A stretch of 22,284 nucleotides of DNA, filler included, from Bradymonadales bacterium (GTDB lineage Bacteria; Bdellovibrionota; UBA2394), in NCBI GenBank assembly GCA_007693605.1. It is 2 parts of 2 records of this genome, joined end to end, with 100 filler letters (N's around TTAATTAATTAA, not from the genome) between each part and the next. Parts side by side here need not be neighbours in the genome. Positions count along the whole stretch, not along the records: positions 1 to 11,735 come from REDG01000039.1; 1 more part is not named here. One strand, given 5' to 3'. The stretch's first letter is position 1. Every line of letters starts with the position of its first letter. Below the pieces are notes generated by a model that saw nothing but the letters and a program-made list of their open reading frames with translations, had not been told where the DNA came from and searched no databases. Below, one piece after another: positions 1 to 8,800 of the stretch. The translations under genes and the position numbers were made by a program.

Positions 1-169
1 CTCCTCAAAAACCCAAATCTAACGCACTACATCCCAACTAATCCGGAAAAGATCCCATGCTTTCTGCCCGCTCCCTCTTTCCGTAAGGCTCTATGTGAGT
101 TCAGCGTTAAAAAGGTGAAAACTGTCATTCCTATGGTCAAACTGCACGAGAACTAAGACTGAGATTTTG

Positions 170-463
170 CTAGCGATCGGGCCGAAGGTTCCTAGGCTTT
201 CGCTTAATGTAAAGATCAATATTTTCAGCAATGATGAGCTTTGCCATCGTTTGATAGCCCAGATCTCTCTCCGCTGCCGCTTGGCGAAGCTTGGCAACGA
301 GATCCGGACTGATTCTCAGGCTTATTGGCTGAGTTCGAGATCGAATTCGAACTGCTGAGTCTGCATCGACAATTGCCTTGCCTGTGTCTTGAGTCTCAAA
401 AGCGTTCATAAGCTTTTGGTCGCTTAAGGATTTCTTCTTTTTGCCCGACTTTTTCTTTTTCAT
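170..463 (-). CDS. Type II antitoxin, CopG/BrnA-like ribbon-helix-helix protein
   Basis: 97 aa. The C-terminal TQPISLRISPDLVAKLRQAAAERDLGYQTM matches the ISLR...L...A...G.YQT pattern of CopG-type antitoxins. Its start overlaps the toxin stop (ATGA, 460-463). Confidence 0.8.
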   Translation of the reverse strand: MKKKKSGKKKKSLSDQKLMNAFETQDTGKAIVDADSAVRIRSRTQPISLRISPDLVAKLRQAAAERDLGYQTMAKLIIAENIDLYIKRKPRNLRPDR

Positions 464-798
464 AGGAACTTCACCTCACGATAGACAGTCTTTTCCATAG
501 TGTGAGCGGGTCTACACGAGATTGGCCTCAACCTGCCATTTCGTATGGTAAATGTCATCGCCAGACAGTCTCCATTTCGGTCAGTTCCGATCAACTCCCA
601 CCTGGACTCCTTTAAATCTGGACGAGCAATTCGCCCCGCGAAAACAAAATCCTCTGCGAGTTCCTCCACTTGGCTCCTTATCAACCCATGCTTCTTCAGC
701 TTTCGTAGGTTGCCTTTGTCCCAATCAAAGCTGGGCGCCTCGGACCACTTGTACAGCCAACCGGCCATGTCTGGGTCTGGCTCAAGAACCAGCTTCAT
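460..798 (-). CDS. BrnT-family (DUF497) ribonuclease toxin
   Basis: Contains FDWDKGN..K..KHG, ESRWELIG and FTIR.GRLRPISCR.A...E...Y, which are typical BrnT motifs. The start is moved from 819 to ATG 798 because 819 lies inside the promoter. Confidence 0.85.
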   Translation of the reverse strand: MKLVLEPDPDMAGWLYKWSEAPSFDWDKGNLRKLKKHGLIRSQVEELAEDFVFAGRIARPDLKESRWELIGTDRNGDCLAMTFTIRNGRLRPISCRPAHTMEKTVYREVKFL

Positions 799-806
799 AT
801 ATTCCA

Positions 807-834
807 ATTGTATATACATTCATGACAAAGTCAA
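807..834 (-). promoter_or_regulatory. Sigma-70 promoter of the TA operon with an overlapping palindromic operator
   Basis: The minus strand reads TTGACT (834-829), a 16-nt spacer, then TACAAT (812-807). The perfect palindrome TGTATATACA (809-818) overlaps the -10 element. Confidence 0.75.
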
Positions 835-1043
835 GTTCCACACTTCTAAGGGCCTCTCATTGCCCTCTATGGCAGTGCCGGCCCGTCCCCCTGGCGGCGT
901 TGTGATCCCCCGAGGCTATCGAGTCAGGACGGCCTCGCGCGAATGGCGGTCGAGAGGCCGCAGAGACCAAGCTGGAGGCCCTTCTGGACGGACTGTTCGA
1001 CTCAAAAGTTGTCAAAGTCGGTCTCCTGCTCTAAGCAGGGGGC

Positions 1044-1886
1044 ATGGAAGAAGAAGTTCTAACAGGGGTTAACCAGTTTATTGGGCAGTTTTTCGGTTTT
1101 GCTCCTCGGATCTTGATGGCGATTCTCGTTCTTTTTATTGGTTTGTGGATTATTCGCATTCTAGACCGATTTCTCTGTATGAGCCTTGAGCGACGAGGGA
1201 TCGACGACAATCTCCGCCCCTTTCTAAAGAGCCTTGTTGGGGTCGTTCTAAAGATTTCTCTCTTTGTTTCGGTGATTGGGATGTTGGGCGTACAGACCAC
1301 TTCGTTCGTTGCGCTGTTAGGGGCGGCGGGCTTGGCCGTCGGCCTGTCCCTTCAAGGCAGCCTGGCGAATTTTGCCGGAGGAGTTTTGATTCTTCTGTTT
1401 CGACCCTTTCGAGTGGGCGATTTTATTGAGACTCAAGGTTACTCAGGCAGTGTCAGAGAAATTCAAATCTTCAATACGGTGCTGAGCACTCCAGACAACC
1501 GGCGCGTGATTTTGCCGAACGGAGCGGTAGCGGGTAATAGCTTGGTGAACTTCTCTGCCGAGACCACTCGTCGTCTCGATTTGAATTTCGGTGTCAGCTA
1601 CTCTGACGATCTTTCGAAGGTGCGCCGAGTTATCCAAGAGGTTCTTGCAAAAGATGGGCGAGTTAAGTCAGAGCCAGAACCCCTGATTGTGGTATCGAGT
1701 CTTGGCGACAGCTCGGTTAATTTTCTGGTGCGAGTTTGGGTGAACTCCTCTGATTTTTGGGCGGTCAATTTCAGTGTCATTGAGAATATGAAGATTGCTT
1801 TCGACGAAGCCGGAATTTCCATTCCCTTTCCCCAAAGAGAGCTTCACCTTCGAGATCAAAAGCAGCTTCAGAAAGGGGCCGCCTAA
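1044..1886 (+). CDS. mscS: Small-conductance mechanosensitive channel
   Basis: 280 aa. Contains TTSFVALLGAAGLAVGLSLQGSLANFAGGVLILLFRPFRVGDFIE, TPDNRRVILPNG, LGDSSVNF and GISIPFPQRELH. Confidence 0.97.
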   Translation: MEEEVLTGVNQFIGQFFGFAPRILMAILVLFIGLWIIRILDRFLCMSLERRGIDDNLRPFLKSLVGVVLKISLFVSVIGMLGVQTTSFVALLGAAGLAVGLSLQGSLANFAGGVLILLFRPFRVGDFIETQGYSGSVREIQIFNTVLSTPDNRRVILPNGAVAGNSLVNFSAETTRRLDLNFGVSYSDDLSKVRRVIQEVLAKDGRVKSEPEPLIVVSSLGDSSVNFLVRVWVNSSDFWAVNFSVIENMKIAFDEAGISIPFPQRELHLRDQKQLQKGAA

Positions 1887-1916
1887 GCCTGTGAATGGAC
1901 CTCATAAAGGCTTAGG
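1882..1916 (+). other. Stem-loop at the mscS stop without a U-tract (mRNA stabiliser or pause site)
   Basis: CCTAAGCCT (1882-1890) and AGGCTTAGG (1908-1916) form a perfect inverted repeat. Confidence 0.4.
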
Positions 1917-1926
1917 GCGTACATAA

Positions 1927-2193
1927 ATGATTGTTTTTGGATCACACGGAAATCTTCAAAGGCTCCCCCTTTGGAAAAAAGCCCTCTTCGTCTTATTGGC
2001 CCTTCCGTTTTTCATCGCGCTTTTGCCGCTTGGGCTTTATATGATTTATCGCATTCGCAAACGAATGAAGAAGATTGAAAAGGAATGGGATGAACTCCAA
2101 AGAAGGCAAGCGCGACAGCGCATCGAAGTGGAAGTGATCGACATTGAGTCGAAGCCCCGAGAACTTGGTTCCAAACACAATCAAAGCCGTTGA
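1927..2193 (+). CDS. Small single-pass membrane protein of unknown function
   Basis: 88 aa. One long hydrophobic segment (ALFVLLALPFFIALLPLGLYMIY) is followed by a basic coiled segment and an EVIDIE tail. It fills the gap between two co-oriented genes. Confidence 0.7.
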   Translation: MIVFGSHGNLQRLPLWKKALFVLLALPFFIALLPLGLYMIYRIRKRMKKIEKEWDELQRRQARQRIEVEVIDIESKPRELGSKHNQSR

Positions 2194-2226
2194 CCTTCTC
2201 TGGTCTCGCAAGAATACTGTTTTTAA

Positions 2227-3480
2227 GTGGATCATGTTTCGATTTTTCTAATCAGTCTTTCCGGTCTGTTCCTTTCGGGCATTGCCGCTGAGATTCTTTT
2301 TAAGAGAACCCGTATTCCTGATGCGCTATGGCTTGTAGGGCTGGGGATTTTGATCGGACCCATCTTTAACTTGGTTTCTTCTGATTTTTTGGAGAAGCTT
2401 CTGCCCTTTTTTGCAGCCTTTGCATTGATTGTGATTTTATTTGAAGGGGGGCGACAGCTGAGTCTGAGAAGTCTGAAGTCAACCGTGGGGCGTGCGACCC
2501 TTCTGGGTGTTCTCAGCTTTGGGGTGTCTGGCTTTGCGGCCGCTTTGTTTTCTTGGCTCGGTGTGCTGATTGGGGTTTTACAGGATTGGACCTGGCTCAA
2601 AGCCGGAATGTTTGGAGCCATTGTCGGGGGCTCTAGTTCTATCATCATCATTCCCACCATGCAGATCGGGCAGGTCAAAGAAGATGTGGCGAATCTGGTC
2701 ACAGTAGAGTCCGCGGTGACGGACGCCTTTTGTGTGGTCTTGGCCTTTGTGTTCTTGCAGATGGTCTTATTCTCGGGGCAGGCGGATCTCAACTCTTCAT
2801 CGGATGGGGCCGTGCGGCTTTTAGAAAGTGTTGGCTTTGGTGTCGTGTTAGGCGGCTTGGCGGGTTTTTTCTGGGTTTTTATTTTGCCATGGATTCCTTC
2901 TTCTTACAGTTATTTGATTACACTTTCGGCTCTCTTTGGATTCTATGTTCTGGTGCAAGAACTTGGAGGCAGCGCGGCTTTGGCGATTCTGATTTTTGCC
3001 GTTATTGTTGGGAATGCCGGCATTATTGGTCGCTTGAGTAAGTTGCAGGGCAGACGACTGATTGGGGATGAGGTCGGAATCGTGCATTTGCAGTTGTCCT
3101 TTGTGGTGAAGGTTTTTTTCTTTGTGATCGTGGGGGCTTTGTTGAGGCCGCCCTTTCTGCCGATGCTTTTCGGAATCTTATTGGCGGGAGTTTTGGTGGG
3201 AGTTCGACCCTTGGCAGTTCGCTGGGGTTTGATGAAGTCAGACTTCAGCCAGGATGATCGAAAAATGATCAATATTTGCGCTCCCCGAGGCTTGGCTGCC
3301 GGGGTCTTGGCTACTCTTCCGCTGACGCAAGGCGTAAGCGGCGTGGACGATCTTTCCACCATCGTTTTTGCCGTCATCGTGACGACGATTGTGGTCTTTG
3401 CGGTGTTTTTTCGGAAGCTTCAGGTTTCCATACCACCCAGCCCAGAAACCTCAGTGGGGATCGAGAATAACGGCGCCTGA
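2227..3480 (+). CDS. Cation:proton antiporter, CPA1/NhaP type
   Basis: 417 aa with many TM segments. Contains RIPD..WL..LGILIGP, ILFEGG, ESAVTD and PRGLAAGVLA. GTG start. Confidence 0.9.
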   Translation: MDHVSIFLISLSGLFLSGIAAEILFKRTRIPDALWLVGLGILIGPIFNLVSSDFLEKLLPFFAAFALIVILFEGGRQLSLRSLKSTVGRATLLGVLSFGVSGFAAALFSWLGVLIGVLQDWTWLKAGMFGAIVGGSSSIIIIPTMQIGQVKEDVANLVTVESAVTDAFCVVLAFVFLQMVLFSGQADLNSSSDGAVRLLESVGFGVVLGGLAGFFWVFILPWIPSSYSYLITLSALFGFYVLVQELGGSAALAILIFAVIVGNAGIIGRLSKLQGRRLIGDEVGIVHLQLSFVVKVFFFVIVGALLRPPFLPMLFGILLAGVLVGVRPLAVRWGLMKSDFSQDDRKMINICAPRGLAAGVLATLPLTQGVSGVDDLSTIVFAVIVTTIVVFAVFFRKLQVSIPPSPETSVGIENNGA

Positions 3481-3846
3481 TTTATGGAGTCGCTTGACGA
3501 GATTGAGAAGGGCAAGAATCTGAGGGTCTGACTTATCCACGAATTCAACCCCGTAGTAGACTTTTTCGAGGCCTCCTTGAGATTGGCAAAGGCTGTAGAG
3601 AAGGTCGGCTTCAATGCTCAAGTAAGCCGGATCCATTTCGGGGGAGTAAAAGTGACAATGAATTCGAGCCGGTGGGCTGAGTTCTTTGGCTTCGACGCTA
3701 CTCCAAAAGCCCGCCCCGCCCCGACCAAAGGTGACGAGTTGAAAGCTCGGCCTCAGAGGCCCAATGCTTCCTTTAAAAAGCTCGGGATCTTGAATCCGAT
3801 ACCGAACGAACTTTCTCTTAAAGCGAAAAGCAAATGGATGCATCAC
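3451..3846 (-). CDS. Stand-alone PilZ-like domain protein
   Basis: Has RKFVR (RxxxR), then TFGRGGAGF at the position of [DN]xSxxG, and a C-terminal YYGVEF. An SD-like GGAG lies upstream. Its 3' end overlaps the antiporter by 30 nt. Confidence 0.65.
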   Translation of the reverse strand: MMHPFAFRFKRKFVRYRIQDPELFKGSIGPLRPSFQLVTFGRGGAGFWSSVEAKELSPPARIHCHFYSPEMDPAYLSIEADLLYSLCQSQGGLEKVYYGVEFVDKSDPQILALLNLVKRLHKSGAVILDPH

Positions 3847-3949
3847 TCCCCTACTCCAAATAGTCTAACAGAAATAGAAGAGAATCTTTTTAAATTATGA
3901 TGATATTCAATGGTTCTCTCGGAGCCTTCGGGGGTGGAGCTTCAGATTT

Positions 3950-4843
3950 CTATTTGCTTCCCTTGGAACAGGCCCTCAGGACTGCCCGAAGAGCAGCGTC
4001 CTGTTGAGCTTTACTTGTCGACGGCCTAAAAGCAATCCCAATGGGTTCCCTAATATCAGGAGGCAATGCACTGAGGATTGCTTCAGTCCCTCCAAGAAAG
4101 ACGGCCTCGAAAAGATTGTCGAAGGCTTCATCAAGTGCCATTAGCTGCGATTCTAGGTGCATAATGGCAAATCGAGCTTCGATGAATCGAGAAAGAGAAA
4201 TGGGTTTCCCTTTGATTTGAGCCATAAGAAGCTTGTGCTGTTCTAAAATCTTGTCACGAGCTTTCTTGTACTGATCGAGGCTCTCTCCTAAAGCCACGAG
4301 ATATGTTTCGTTGAAATCGTTCGTTGAGTTTTCTGAAGCGCTCACCTGAATTCTTGTGACGAGCCTATGCTGCTGGGTCTCGGCAAAGACCCAGCCGCCC
4401 GAGATTCTTCCATCCACAAATACGGTCTCTGAAACTGGGAGCTGATCTATGTATCTAGCGGCTGCCTTCTGAAAAAGCTTAATCGTCACGCCAGCCGTAG
4501 CAGCCGCAGTACCGACTCCAAGCATGAAGGCTAACTCGGGTAAAGCGCTTGCTGCTGATGCATTCGGCATCGTATTCACAACCGTATAGGCCCCCAAGGA
4601 TGGCAGCCCGATCAGCCAGCCCACCAGCACCGTGTTGAACAGCTCGTTTTGAGAGAGTGCATCCGTAATCCGGCCTTCGATCTCCGCGCGATCTGACACT
4701 GAGCTCTGACTAGGCATGGCTTCAGCATCCGAACTATGCGTCTCTGCAACAAGTTCTGAACTTAAGGGCTGGAGGATCAAACTCAGCAACAGGACAGGAG
4801 AACCGACTAGCGCTAAGCAATTTCGTTTAAAGAAACGATGCAT
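3950..4843 (-). CDS. Hypothetical exported protein with two internal hydrophobic segments and a C-terminal AVLRAC motif
   Basis: GGAGGA (4860-4855) precedes ATG 4843, giving 297 aa. The N-terminus is signal-peptide-like (MHRFFKRNCLALVGSPVLLLSLIL). No family recognised. Confidence 0.8.
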   Translation of the reverse strand: MHRFFKRNCLALVGSPVLLLSLILQPLSSELVAETHSSDAEAMPSQSSVSDRAEIEGRITDALSQNELFNTVLVGWLIGLPSLGAYTVVNTMPNASAASALPELAFMLGVGTAAATAGVTIKLFQKAAARYIDQLPVSETVFVDGRISGGWVFAETQQHRLVTRIQVSASENSTNDFNETYLVALGESLDQYKKARDKILEQHKLLMAQIKGKPISLSRFIEARFAIMHLESQLMALDEAFDNLFEAVFLGGTEAILSALPPDIREPIGIAFRPSTSKAQQDAALRAVLRACSKGSK

Positions 4844-4848
4844 TCTGT

Positions 4849-5541
4849 TTAACTTCCTCCAATACATGCATTAACCATAGCGGCGACGGCTGAGTTTTTC
4901 TTTTGAGTGGGTTGGGAAGCATGAACGGCCCCTTCGGCTTGAGTTCGCATACCAGACTGCATGAACTTAAACTCCAACAGTGCCCTGAACTCCATGTGTG
5001 CCTTAAACTCCATCAATGCCTTAAGCTCTGAGTTGAGCTGCTCATACTGTTTGGTGGCTTTGGGGGAGGTCGTCGAGCGTAAAGCGTGATGACCTTCAAT
5101 CTTGGCAAGATCCATTTCATAGGAGACTCGAATGCGCTTTTCAAGTTGCATTGCCCGCTCATCAAAGGTGGGTTTGTCCACTTCACCGGCACTAAACTCG
5201 TTGAATAAGTTTTTGATCTCAGATCTAAACTCTCTGCTTTTTCGCCAGGCCTTTGTCGGATTGTTTCTAACAAATATTCCCGGCGCCACGACTGGACCAT
5301 CTCGGAGCCTAAGGTAAAGATCTGGAGCTTCAAAGAATAACCAGTACGAAAGGTGTATTGACGCATAGCCTATAGCTAGGCCTGTTGTTAGGACAATGAT
5401 ATCCGCGACGAATGCTTCCGCTTCTCCGCCCTGTGCGAAGGCCTCTTCGCTTGTAAAGGCAAAGCTCAGCGCCAAACAAAACGATAAGGCCCATGGCATC
5501 CATTTTTTTCGATGAAACTTCGCGATAGACTGAAACAACAC
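4849..5541 (-). CDS. Hypothetical exported protein with one hydrophobic segment and a C-terminal AMVNAC motif
   Basis: GAGGAG (5554-5549) lies 7 nt before GTG 5541, giving 230 aa (the ORF track starts at 5556). The signal peptide ends in AFA|Q. Confidence 0.8.
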   Translation of the reverse strand: MLFQSIAKFHRKKWMPWALSFCLALSFAFTSEEAFAQGGEAEAFVADIIVLTTGLAIGYASIHLSYWLFFEAPDLYLRLRDGPVVAPGIFVRNNPTKAWRKSREFRSEIKNLFNEFSAGEVDKPTFDERAMQLEKRIRVSYEMDLAKIEGHHALRSTTSPKATKQYEQLNSELKALMEFKAHMEFRALLEFKFMQSGMRTQAEGAVHASQPTQKKNSAVAAMVNACIGGS

Positions 5542-5579
5542 AAGAGATCTCCTCAAACTTAAAGCTTCCTTTGAAGGCC

Positions 5580-5596
5580 TGCAAAGAATACGCCAA
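5580..5596 (-). promoter_or_regulatory. Sigma-54 -24/-12 promoter
   Basis: The minus strand reads TTGGCGTATTCTTTGCA, with exact GG-N10-GC spacing, about 40 nt upstream of the start codon. Confidence 0.75.
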
Positions 5597-5609
5597 GAAA
5601 GAGGATTCT

Positions 5610-5622
5610 TAAGTTATTGATT
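5610..5622 (-). promoter_or_regulatory. IHF binding site
   Basis: The minus strand reads AATCAATAACTTA, an exact match to WATCAANNNNTTR, just upstream of the sigma-54 site. Confidence 0.65.
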
Positions 5623-5848
5623 ATATTAGAAGTTCAGTCCCATGCCCCTCAGAAATGCGACATCCATTGCCTCAATTTAGGTTCATTGATGGGAGCCCCC
5701 CTCCCCTCCGACCGGCCCCGCTCTGATCGAGCAGATCTCAGTCTCGCAACGGCAGTAGACATCATATTTTGGGGTTAGGGTGTTATGCGGAAGGTCCTTC
5801 GCTCTGACTCAGGCGAGGTTCGGGGGTGTGTGCAGTCTGTCGAGAGTC

Positions 5849-8800
5849 TCAGTCCTGATTGTGATTGTAGGGGCTGGAGTCGCCTTGCTGCTCCTGAGTC
5901 CAATAGCCTCTCTGATCTACTTGACCCTCAATTGTGCGGTGTGAAGCCGAACTTGCATCTGGGGCTCGGACAGCGGTGGAAGCGCCCAAAATGACAGCGC
6001 CTAAAGTTAGCTTTGGTGCTGCCTTGGCGGCGTCAAAAGGATGAAATCGAGAGCGATAGGCACCAGCTTGGCCCTCGATGAAGCGAACATCTCCGACATC
6101 CATCAAGTACGAGAGCACCGTAAGGGCGGCCCCCATGAATTCTTGAAAGTTTGTCGTCGCCACGGCCATATCCATATATTCCGACAGACCAGAGGAGGCC
6201 TCGAAGATATTGATGGTTTGACTAAACATTTGGCCGCCATGATCAGCTCGCATTAAAGCGACTCTTTGATCTCTGGTTAAAAATCTTGCTTGTGATTCCG
6301 TTGGGTAGGCTCGACCCGTCGCCGAACGGTAGCTCGCTCTTGCAATCGCCTGCCCACTAAGACTCATTGCGGCGGTATAAAACATACTATTTCCAGCCCC
6401 AACCAAGGTGTCAAAGGCGACATTCAGCCAGCGAATGATTCGATTCTCCTTGCTGGCAGCGTAAAGCTCGTAGCCTAATGTGGCAGCTCCGCTCATCGCG
6501 AAATTGAAGACGATCATATTGGCGGCAGCGATTCCATAGCCCAGATTCAGCGCCGCCGTTTGCGATCCGGCAAATCTAACTCCTATGGGCCTAAAGAGGT
6601 TCCGTTCCAAAAGGGCGGTCCCTCTGGCCTGCGCTTGACTGGCAGAGCCCATTTTCAACATCGCTGCTGACATGATGGCGAGTTTTGAAACGGCAAAGAA
6701 GGTTGAACTCAAAACCGCGGTGACCTCATCGTCTGTGATCCCCCCGTTGGTTAATAGCCTCCAGTTTTCTTGAACGATTCGATCAAGACCCTGCATTTTC
6801 ATCTCATAGAGTTCGAATTCGTTCAGGACGCCGTAGTGGTGAAGCTGATAAGCGGTTTCGATATCAACTAAGAGCTCCAAGGGTACTTCCATCACTAAAC
6901 CAAAGCCCGGCAAGATAGAGCTCTTAATCATGAACGAGATAAAGGAAAGGGGTTCTGCGAAGCGACCCGGTGGGGTCCAACCAAAAACTGAGTTCTTCAC
7001 AAGGGGTTTAAGGTCGTCATGAAGCGAGCCCCCCCAATGCTCATTCGCCGTTGTCCTAATCCAGTTGTAGTAGTCGAGCCCCCAGTCTCTTCTTTGGCCG
7101 GTGATCATCTCGGCCCACTGCCCAGCGGCGAGCGGAAACAGTGCGGCCGTATGATGAAGGCCTTCGCCCATCTTGGCTAAGCCATAACCTACTTTAACGG
7201 CCTTCTCTCCCGCATAGGTCCACAAACCTTCATCGGTAACGATTCTAAAACTCTCGATCACTACTTCGTGAGGAAGCATCACATATCGCCTCCAACCTTG
7301 GCGATTGTTTCTGCGGGTGAGCGTCCTCTCCAAAAATTCTTGCAAGTAATTGGTCTCTGTCTTCGTTTCAGCCATCGCCCGCCTAATTTCGGCCTCTCGA
7401 GTCGAGAGAAAAGCTTCGGCCACCTCTTTCATTAGGCCTTGTCGGTATTCATAAAGTTCATTTCGTAGGCGTGCTTGAACTTCTTCGGGGTACTGACTCA
7501 AAATCCGATGCAGCTGGAGCTCAAGCGGCCTTCTTCTGAGATTCTCAAATTCATCTTGTTTTTGAAGTTGTTCGTAGGCGATTGTGAGATCTCGATTGGC
7601 TTCCTGCAATTCATTCATTTGAAGGCTCAGAACCCTTTGAGATTGTTCAGCCTGAAGCAACCCATTTAAAACTCCATGGGCGACTGATAGAAAGTGGTTA
7701 TCTATGAAGCCTTCAGATTGAATTTCAATCTCGAGCCCTTCTCTTTTGAGTAGCTCATGCCAGGCTTCAATCTCGTCGAGCACGGCCTGCCAAGTCATTT
7801 CACCTCCTTGAATTTTAGAAGTAATCGCTTGTTGGATTGCCAAGGTCATCAGTTGGACTTCCACTTCCTGATGGGCTTTCTCAGCTTCAGCTCTTTCATT
7901 TTCATTTCGAAAGAAGCTCCAGACCTCATTTCTAAGTTGAGATTTTAAGTCCTCTAATTCTTGGGTGATGTTTCGAAATAGATTTTGTCGATGTGCAGCA
8001 TCCTCTTCTTGAAAAATGTCCGATTGATCTTCGAAGATCGATCTGAAGTTTAAAGCGGAATTCTCCATGAATGGTCGAAGTCTTGCTACTTCCTGTGCTC
8101 TTTCTTGCTCAGCAGCAATAATGAAATCGTTAATCTGTATCAGACGGTTTTGAGAGAGCTGAGTTTGTCGTCTGATCGAGAAAAGCCATTCTGCTTCAGG
8201 GAGTGTCATGATGTCACTCAAGCTGAAGCCACCCAGCTCTTGAAACTCCTTTTGTGAGTAGGCCAATCGAAAGTCCTGCATTGAGCCCTCAAAGTCCGAC
8301 ATGAATTGCAACGCAAGCTCTCGACGGCTTTCTCGTCTTCTTGCCTCGTATCGAGCCTGCTCTCTTTCTTTCGTTGCTTTGTAGTAGAGTTCTAGTTCCT
8401 GAAGCTCGATTTGAAGCTTCTCCAGGATTCCAAGCCTTTCAACCTCTTCAAGATTCCAAGCTCCCGGCTCCCCTAGCCTACCGTTCGCCAAGAGATGCAT
8501 GACTCGTTGAATCGATAAATACTGCCGCAGATGTTGAATCACCTCTTCGCTCGCGCTAAAGCTCGAAGGCATCGTGGCTTCATTTTCTGTATCGGAATTC
8601 TGAGCGGTGAAGATGTCAAAATTCTCGATGCCAAAAGCCTCAAAGATTCTTCGAATTTCAACTTCTGCGCTTTCGAGTTGTTCATTAAGCTCATTCTGAG
8701 CACCTATTCGATCGTCCACAAAGTCTTGCCAGTCCTCAAAAAGACCTGGAAAAGAATCGAGATCTTCCGATTCTAAGGGCGTAGCGACAGCCAAAGCCTC

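Noticed and set aside
545..1072. 175-aa plus-strand ORF, and the 552-905 ORF
   Set aside because: Antisense to the BrnT gene and its promoter, with low-complexity Ser/Arg composition.
2232..3377. Minus-strand ORFs of 186, 79 and 144 aa
   Set aside because: Shadows of the T-rich antiporter gene.
3953..3970. C-terminal Cys tails as CaaX prenylation boxes
   Set aside because: The Cys is fifth to seventh from the end and is mostly followed by polar residues, not C-a-a-X.
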